A program made the translations under genes and the position numbers. Below the pieces are notes generated by a model. That model saw only the letters and a list, made by a program, of their open reading frames with translations, did not search any database and was not told where the DNA came from. Shown piece by piece: positions 56,301-64,000 of a stretch of DNA of 64,000 nucleotides (the first letter of the stretch is position 1; every line of letters begins with the position of its first letter). This DNA is from Octopus sinensis (lineage: Eukaryota), in assembly GCF_006345805.1 (NCBI RefSeq), contig NC_043011.1, positions 34,608,464 to 34,672,463 on the forward strand, in the 5' to 3' direction.

Positions 56301-59300
56301 GACGACCCGGCTCGAAATCAAGTTGAGTTGCAGGAGTAGAGCCGACAGGCAGATGACAGCACTTTGACACGTTCAGACACAGGTCCCAATCGTTATACCA
56401 CTTTCAAATTTGGTGGAGGCATCGACGAAGATCCTCTATACTACCGCGAGGAGCGACCAGTTTGATATCGTCGGCAAATAGAAGGGTGTGTTGCGTGAGG
56501 TCGTCGGGCAAGTCATTTATGAAGACTAAGAACAACAAGGGCCCAAGCACTGAACCTTGAGGCACGCCACTGCTCGCACTGGAGACGTCGGACCGCGAAC
56601 CATTAACTTGAACTTGGAAGGAGCGATCTGAGAGGAAGGCACCAACCCATCGTACAATATCCGGATGGAAACTATATGCTTGAAGCTTGACAAGTAGTAG
56701 GCGGTGGTTTACCGAGTCAAAAGCTTTCGCAAAGTCCAATAAAACGATGTCAACAGCATCACTATCATCGAGGATGCGCGTCACCAATTCTTCCATTACT
56801 AGTAAGTTGGTCAAGCATGATCTCTTCGGCACGAAGCCGTGTTGGGAATCAGTGATCGAGGCTGTGCTTAGGGGGTGGAGCATCATACTTTTCTTAAGGA
56901 TGGTTTCGAACATCTTGCTGATTATTGATGTAAGGGAAACCGGTCGGTAGTTAAGCGGGTCTTCGCGGCTCCCTTTCTTGAAAATTGGGCAGATTATCGC
57001 TGTTCTCCAGTCTGCAGGTATAACATCCGTCGCCAATGACATATTGAATAGTCGTGTTAAGGGCTCGTAGATGACCGGAGCCAACGCTTTGATAACACGT
57101 GGGTGTATGCCGTCAGGGCCGTGACACTTGTTTACATCGAGGCCTTGAATAACACGTTTGACCTGGTCCCGCGTGATGATCAATCGAAGCATTGGAGGTA
57201 CCGATCTATCAAATGGAGGGGGTTCACGACCATCATCTTGTTTGAAAATAGTTGAAAAAGCCTCGGCAAATAATTGACTCTGTTGATAAGGGTCCTCAAT
57301 CGATACGCCTGTTGAGTCTACCAACGTTGCAATCTGGTTGTTCAAGCGGGAATTCCGCTGGACATGGGCAAAGAAGGTTTTTGGATTGCTACTGGCATTT
57401 GCCGCGATTTTGTATTCATAACTGAAGCGTTCTTTCTTTTCAATTTTCACGGCTCGGTCTCGTTGAGTTTTGTACACCTCAAAAGCTGCAGTCGAATCCA
57501 GATTTTTGAATTCAGCCCAAGCAATATCTCTGAGTCGACGTTCTCGTTTAACTTTCTTCATCACCCAGGGCTTGTGTTTCTTCCTCTTGGGAAGTCCAAC
57601 GGGAACTGCCTGGTCAGTCAAACAGATTACATATGCTTTGAGGGATGACCATAGTTCGTCAACTGAGGACAACGTCATCAGGGAACGCCAGTCCAGAAGC
57701 GCGGAAGCCTCGGTTAGAATTTCAAGATTAATTGCAGAGAAGACTCTACGTGGCAGCGAAGTAATCGTGGGCGTGGAAAAAGTTGTGTGCATGACGAACT
57801 TCAGGACCGCATGATCACTCTTGGCAAGAGGGGCGCACACAGATACGTCTGACACTGATCTTGGATAGCGGGAGAATACCAGATCTAGCATAGATGGCTG
57901 CTGCCCAGACCGATGCCTTGTCGGATATTCAACATGTTGCGATAGAAAACAATCTTCAGCCACGTCAAGAAGGGCCTGGCCGAACCGGGAAGATGTTGTA
58001 CAAATTGATGCGGGCCAATCGATCGTGGGAGCGTTGAAGTCGCCTAGTACCAAGCAGTCATGCGAAGCTGAAACGAATCTTATCGCCTCGAGTAGATGAG
58101 CATCGTCCTGGGGTTCGGCTAGAGGCGGCCTGTAGACAGCCAACACGGGCAGGCAAAACTCAGATAGGCTCAGCTTGCAATAGACGGCATCGAATTTGGT
58201 TGTAGGTTGAGCATTTGTGGGTAGAATACCGCAGGACGGTTTGTGCTCAGACTTAACATACACAGCAACACCCCCACCTCGCCTTTTTCCTCTGACACAT
58301 CTGAAAAGGACGTAGCCCTGCAGGTGGATCTCTGAGTCCTTTACTGCTGGAGTCAGCCAAGTCTCGGTGATAGCTATCACATCAGGGGAGTCGCGTAGGG
58401 CCAGTGTAAATAGTTCACTGAACTTTGGGAATAAGGAGCACGAGTTGGTGTAGACGATGCTGAGCTGTGAAGTCTGAGGGGCGGTTGTTGGGGAACAAGC
58501 AGAATAAAGGGCATCAGAGATAGCATCGTTGATGGGGGTATCAACTTCACTTCGATTTGCCCTCACATTACTTTCCCTGTCAGCACTACAGCATGGGACC
58601 AGAGGTAGGACTTGATTATCTGTCCATCTTGGATTCGTAAACCCTTCTCTCCCATTTGTTTCCTCATCTTTAGCTCGGATATCAGGTTCCTCCGGCGAAT
58701 TCTCTCTCTTAGTGAGTATTCCTCGCGAAAACCCATATTGGGGTCCTCCCAGGCATGCGTCTGAGCTCTGTTCAGAAAGACTGAAGCCTCCCGATCAGAA
58801 GAAAAGATTACCCTTATTGGCGTGGTCTAGTATCTGCGGTTGGGTTCGCTTGGAATCTTCCTAGCCGAGCGACCTTAAGAACACTGACATTTTCGTTCAC
58901 AGAGAACAATTTTCCAACCAAAATGGAAACAAAATTAATGTCATCTTTTAGGCGGTTTATGCCTGTATCACAGGTGGATTCAGCTTTGCCATATATTATT
59001 GCCGATCTTGAGTGGGCAAAAAGTTCTCTACTATGAGCTGCGGTATTCGATTCTTCATTGGAGGATTTCGAAAGGGTGGTTTCATAGCCATCGGACTTAT
59101 GTCGGCCTGTGGGGTCGATCGGAATGGATTTAGTGGTCATAATTTTCCCGCCTGGTTTGGAACTGCACTGCCTCTTCTTCGGTTTGGGGGAGCACCACTC
59201 CCCAGATGAACCCACATCGAGATCGTTCAGAATTGGTTGAGCAATGGCATTAATGGGAAGGACAAGTGAAGGAGAATCCAAACAGATTGTGTGTGTGTGC

Positions 59301-59340
59301 GTGTGGTGTGTGTGTATGTGTGTGCGTGTTTGTATGTATG

Positions 59341-59376
<36 letters not shown>

Positions 59377-59904
59377 ATATATATTATTTTATTCTTTTAT
59401 TTGTTTCAGTCATTTGCCTGCGGCCATGCTGGAACGCCGCTTTTGTCGAACAAATCGACCACAGGACCTATTCTTCGCAAGCCTAGTACTTATTCTATCG
59501 GTATCTGTTACCGAATCGCTAAGTTACGAGACGTAAACACACTAACATCGGTTGTCAAGCGATGGTGGGAGGAAAAAACACAGATACGTATATAGATATA
59601 TATGTATATATTTACATATATTTACATATATTGTTTGTTTGTTTGTTTGTTTTTCCAGTTTCAGCTCTTGAGCTGTGGCCATGCTGGGGCACCGCCATTG
59701 TGGTGAAAGAGTACAGCAGGGATCACCACCCCCTGCCGGAGCCTCGTAGAGCTTTTAGGTGTTTTCGCTCAATAAACACACACAACGCCCGGTCTGAGAA
59801 TCGAAACCGCGATCCTGCGACCGCGAGTCCGCTGCCCTAACCACTAGGCCATTGCGCCTCTATATATATATTTACATATATGTACATACATATATACACA
59901 TATT

Positions 59905-59947
<43 letters not shown>

Positions 59948-60259
59948 TCATGCAATACATATATATACTCATGCAATACATATATACACAGGGATAAATA
60001 CACATACACCCTGACACACATACATTCACACAAATGCGAGCGCACGCACACACAGACATACATCTACTGAACCAGATGTACAACATACACAAACATCTGT
60101 ATGTCTGAGTGAGATTATTATTAAACTGGGAACCATAAGAAAAACTATAACTTTACCTGTCAAGACAACCCACGCCCATCCACGGTCTATAGGCCTTCTG
60201 TCAATACGCATTGTCTGTGTTGTTTCTTTCTCCATTGTGTCTTTATCATTACTGTTCAT
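46761..60259 (-). CDS. SLC16/monocarboxylate transporter-like MFS protein, join(60157-60259, 53385-53528, 49650-49793, 47235-48323, 46761-46870), 529 aa
   Basis: N-terminal PIDRGWAWVV motif typical of SLC16, plus YFNRYLGTANAI, YGVRGALLL, GALLRP and GYLRDVTGSY. All introns are GT-AG and phase 1. Total 1590 nt open. Confidence 0.92.
47235..48323 (-). CDS. MCT-like gene coding exon 4 (1089 nt)
   Basis: Corresponds to ORF 47134-48285, trimmed by tag|gt acceptor and ag|gtaag donor. Confidence 0.92.
49650..49793 (-). CDS. MCT-like gene coding exon 3
   Basis: tttttctag| and |gtaagtg; encodes GFAAMNLLAKFISFRTFVICGCTLCSLTFIFDSISKDVFVIPFIHLLN. Confidence 0.87.
51163..52985. repeat. ~260-bp direct duplication (51163-51430 and 52705-52975) around decayed RTE-like LINE fragments
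   Basis: gatgcagtttttataatc...aaaatactaagactttacgtaat occurs twice. VISAHAPTL (APE-like) and an RWAGHV-like sequence lie between the copies. Confidence 0.8.
53385..53528 (-). CDS. MCT-like gene coding exon 2
   Basis: gttttcag| and |gtaag; encodes ATTLLMLIVIGNARSFGIFLLEIQHLFSASSSAISIILSTEYVANCIT. Confidence 0.88.
53607..53975 (+). mobile_element. Non-autonomous Helitron-like element
   Basis: 5' tctctatatataaa and 3' hairpin cccgagcaacgccggg followed by cgatactgCTAGt. Confidence 0.7.
54036..54401. repeat. Near-perfect inverted repeat, 159-bp arms (54036-54194, 54243-54401) with 48-bp spacer
   Basis: The arms are reverse complements with one mismatch seen by eye. Confidence 0.95.
55105..55530 (+). 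mobile_element. Family 1 SINE dimer
   Basis: Two core units. Confidence 0.8.
55587..59285 (-). mobile_element. Near full-length CR1-like LINE (ORF1 remnant + APE-RT ORF2), intronic in the MCT-like gene
   Basis: ORF 56404-58566 has AITETWL, LGDFN, KSDH, GPDG, NYRPVSLTS, DFAKAFD, GVPQGSVLGP and FADD. It continues after a frameshift in 55744-56370, with a (TAAC)n 3' tail at 55587-55615. Confidence 0.93.
59700..59860 (-). mobile_element. Family 3 SINE head joined to a CR1-type tail (59650-59700)
   Basis: Reverse complement of 35405-35565, followed by ggcggtgccccagcatggcc...gctgaaact. Confidence 0.7.
60157..60259 (-). CDS. MCT-like gene coding exon 1 (exon probably starts at 60360 with 5'UTR)
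   Basis: MNSNDKDTMEKETTQTMRIDRRPIDRGWAWVVLT then ag|gtaaag donor. Confidence 0.88.
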
Positions 60260-60559
60260 CTCCAGGTAAATCCTCCAGGTAAATGCTCCAGGTAAATACT
60301 CCAGGTAAATCCTCCACTGATTCTTGTCGGTTGTTTTCCTGTCTCCAGCAACTTAGATACCTTTTGAATAATAAATGAGAAAACATTAGTGAGAAACATT
60401 TTGGTGTAATTTAATATCATTGCAGCAAGTTTATTTGGTATATATAGTAACAATAACAGGAAAGCACACAAACCCAACAACAACTAAAACACCAAAAGAA
60501 ATAAGAGTAACAGCAACTGCACCAAATGCAACTTAACATACAAACAGTGACGTCAGTGC

Positions 60560-62673
60560 ACCAGTACATTTGAAGGAAGTTCATCTAATGGTGGGTGTTC
60601 TTGAGGAAACGCTAGGTGTTGATGAGGACTAACTGGTTTGTCTAGAGGACTTCTGGACAAGGGTCTACCGTGGATAACTCCCAGAAATTCCTAGCCTGAT
60701 AGTGCCACTTAGGGCCAGTACTGGCTTGAGACGAACTACAGGCATGGAAGCAGTAGCCGGTGGAACTGTCCAAGATGCATGCAAAATGACAAAACCCCAA
60801 TACGTGCATAGTGCTGCATCCAATCATTTGTAGAATTATGTCGAACAGTTGTTGTCACGTACAGGGCGAATCCAGGCAGAAGCGTTAGCACGCCGGGCGA
60901 AATGCTCAGCAGTATTTCGTCTGTCGTTACGTTCTGGGTTCAAACACCGCCGAGGTCGACTTTGCCTTTCATCCTTTCGGGGTCGATAAATAAAGTACCA
61001 GTTGCGCACTGGGGTCGATGTAGTTGACTTAATCCCTTTGTCTGTCTTTGTTTGTCCCCTCTATGTTTAGCCCCTTGTGGGCAATAAAGAAATATATTTT
61101 GAAGTTCAGCCTCTCGTTAACTTTTAACAAAATGTGGCAGGTGGTGTTTCTCTGTTTCATGGTTATGGCAAAAAAAATTTGTGTTAGACAAAGCTGAAAA
61201 GATTGAGAAGTAACACTTTTCTCTTTGGTCAAGTCTCTTCTGACATTTTAAAGTTCCGCCTGTAAAGGAAAGTAAAGGTGGAGAGGAACAAGCTTTCCCC
61301 CAGAAAAGTTGTCAAAAGATTAGGGTTAAATTGCTCGGGGTCTAGTTCGGTCCGGATTTCCAGGTGGACAAAAAACTGGGATAAAGTAACGAGCAAAGTT
61401 GCTGCTCTCGCCCAAAAATGAGCTAAGAGTAAGGTATCCCTGAAAGGTCGAGCAGAGGTGGCTAACGCATACATCATATCCGTCATCTGCTTCTGTCTGA
61501 CTTTCATGCTTTGTTCCAGACCCAGTTTTACTGGACTGAAATGTACACTCTTTCACTTCTCGTGGAAATGATGCATTCCCATGTTCAAGCAACCCATCTG
61601 CTTTCAACACCCGCTGCGTGGTGGACAGTCATGCGCTGAGGCTATGACATCTCCAGCGCTTCCTTGACGGTGAAGAGGTGTGTTCGCTGTTCGCCAGACG
61701 CATGTTTTCCCAGCTCGTCTTCAAGGAGCTGCAGCCTTGGGTCAGTCAGAGACCGAGAGAGAGCGTTTGAAAAGTTGACTGTCTTCGAGCACTCACAGCC
61801 TTCAGTCAGTCGGGTGCTGGGATAGTAGAAAATCCACTTTGGTGTTCTATAGAGGATTAGTGGTGGGTAAAAACGATAACGTTCTTGGGGAGATCTTGGG
61901 CGTCGAAAACAATTAACTAGCCACTCTCTTCTAGAGAAATTTCGGTCCAAGGCCAATGGATAACTTCCAGAAATCCCTGGCCTGGCAGTGCTACAGGGGA
62001 GAATTACCGGTTTGAAATAAACTCTACAGGCATAGAAGTGCGGTCAGCCAAATATATCCAAGTTGTGTGCTAGGTAACGAAACTGTCGCGCGCACACTCA
62101 TACACCTGTCAGCTGTAGAACAGATCCGGCTATCAACTGAATCCGTCATGAAGATCATTCCTTCGTCATCTTTTAAACGGGAAGGGCATGCAGTTTTTAT
62201 ATGATTGATGGCCATGGTGAGAGAGGTTAGATTGTATAGTAGACGCGATTGAAGGGGCTGAAAACAAACACTTTCGCCTTTGGCCAATCCCTCATCAAAT
62301 TCTCCGAGTTTCACGTGAAGAAGAAAATAAGGGTAGAGAGAGAAGTGTTGCCTTCCAGCCATTTTATTCAAAGGTAGATGAGAGTGGCGAGCATGGTGCG
62401 AGTGAATGGGCCTGCCCTCGGGATAAGACTGTAAAATGAAGATGAAAAACTGAGAAAAGGTACCTGCCCCAGAAGTCAGGACATCTGTGGTTTTATGGGA
62501 TTTTTTCCTGCTGAGGAATACTCATACTTAAAATTGTATTTCTATTTTTCTTTTGTTAAACTTATTTACACATAAAACCTTCACACCAAAACACACACAC
62601 AAACACACACAAAGTTTTGTTCTGAGCCGTTTTTAATGTTTTTCTTAATGTAAACCCTTTGTGGTCAATAAAG

Positions 62674-62719
<46 letters not shown>

Positions 62720-62754
62720 TACAACTACTACTAGTATTATTATTGTTGTTGTTG

Positions 62755-62811
<57 letters not shown>

Positions 62812-62831
62812 TATTATTATTATTATTATTA

Positions 62832-62862
<31 letters not shown>

Positions 62863-64000
62863 CATCGCTAGACGGAGAGTTCGGTGAAAGTGCTCGGAGT
62901 TCAGTTGGAAGGAAGCTGTCTCTGAAAGTCCAGGCGGAAGCAGCGAATGCATATATCGCTTCGGTGGTTTACTACCGCCTAGCCGTCGTATCTTGTCCTA
63001 AGAAAACTCTCTAATCAGATTGGAGCGCTTGCTTGTCCGATTCTTGTGGGAGAGTCATGTTCCGCTAGTCAGAAAATCCCTCTGTTGTCTACACCTACAC
63101 CATAATGGTCTTGGGATGCCATCCTTGATAATGCAGTGCCACGCTTTGAGGCTATTGCTCCTACAGAAATATCTAAATCACTGCGATGGTGTGAAACGAC
63201 GGCGACGAAAATAAGAGTGAACTGGTGTGGAAGTCCTTCGTGCGACACATCTTTCCGCAGCTCATCTCATTGACATAGCTGCAGTCATGGGTCAAACGCA
63301 GACCAAGGTTGGGCGTCTGGCATCCAGAATGTTGCTAGGAGCTCACTGCATTGTACCAGCTGCGTTAAACCATTAGCGGGAAAACAAGCCTAGATTTCTA
63401 TAGGGAGCTAGTTGAAGATATGAGCGATGATGACCTAGAACCTAATCTAGGCATTGATGAGAACAGTTTGAGTAGTCACTTCCAGAGGACCTTCGGGTCG
63501 AAAATCATGGACAATTTCCAAAAGTTTTTGCCCGAGATGTTTACTGGTGGGACGAAACCGTCCTGCATGCAATAATTCAGTGTCCGTGCATTAGAGAGTT
63601 GTGGGATTGCGTGGAGCAGCTGTTCTCGCGTGTAAGACAAAGTTAGCTGTCTTTCGATTGTATAGTGAAGATCGACGCACCACCTTCCCTTGGGAGAGAA
63701 GGGATGCATATTTTTCTCTGCTTAGTGGCTGTCGCAAAATAAGCCAAGTGGTGGACCCGTCTGAAAGGTTTGAAGACAGGCATTTTCGTATCTGGCCAAG
63801 CCCTCATCAATTTCTTCAACTATCATTTGGAGAAGAAGGTGAGGCTAGAGAGGGAGGTGCTGCCTTCTAGTTTGTTTATGAAAAAGTAGTCAAAAGTGGC
63901 TGGACTGGTGAGACTGAATGGATTAACTTTGAGTATGTTTTTCTAAGCAGGAGGGAAGAAACAGGAAGAGGGTATTTCTTCACGCCTTGGAGATGGCAGA
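60560..64000 (+). mobile_element. Several decayed L1/Tx1-like LINE 3' fragments, with a family 1 SINE (60875-61092) and a trinucleotide microsatellite (62677-62865)
   Basis: RKLSLKVQAEAAN, ERLLVRFLW and GLGMP. Repeated atggataacttccag..ctggcagtg segments are related to the 11089-12205 element. Confidence 0.7.

Overview
Eukaryotic, AT-rich, repeat-dense genomic DNA. The SINE families and the microsatellite load suggest a coleoid cephalopod, probably Octopus (inference). Two host loci lie on the minus strand. (1) A tandem cluster of small spliced genes encoding secreted 4-cysteine peptide precursors, which the ORF track misses or shows only as fragments. Gene A (TATA ~13665; coding exons 10618-10705, 9301-9409, 7538-7553; 70 aa) and gene C (TATA ~31148; coding exons 30061-30148, 27573-27687, 24608-24632; 75 aa) are complete. 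An orphan mature-peptide exon B lies at 17319-17433. A fourth copy probably lies just left of the window, because its upstream region appears to have been amplified into the 139-bp tandem array at 1-2572. The precursors have a conserved signal peptide, an acidic propiece, an R/KR site and a divergent C-x3-C-x9/11-C-x3-C mature peptide. (2) A 5-coding-exon SLC16/monocarboxylate-transporter-like MFS gene (46761-60259, 529 aa). The rest is mostly mobile DNA: mariner and maT-like transposons, a MULE remnant, CR1-like, L1/Tx1-like and RTE-like LINEs, Penelope-like elements with minimal hammerhead ribozyme motifs, Helitron-like elements, a solo LTR, several SINE families, an 18S rRNA 3'-end/SINE chimera and a 159-bp-arm palindrome. 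All calls were made by eye and repeat boundaries are approximate.
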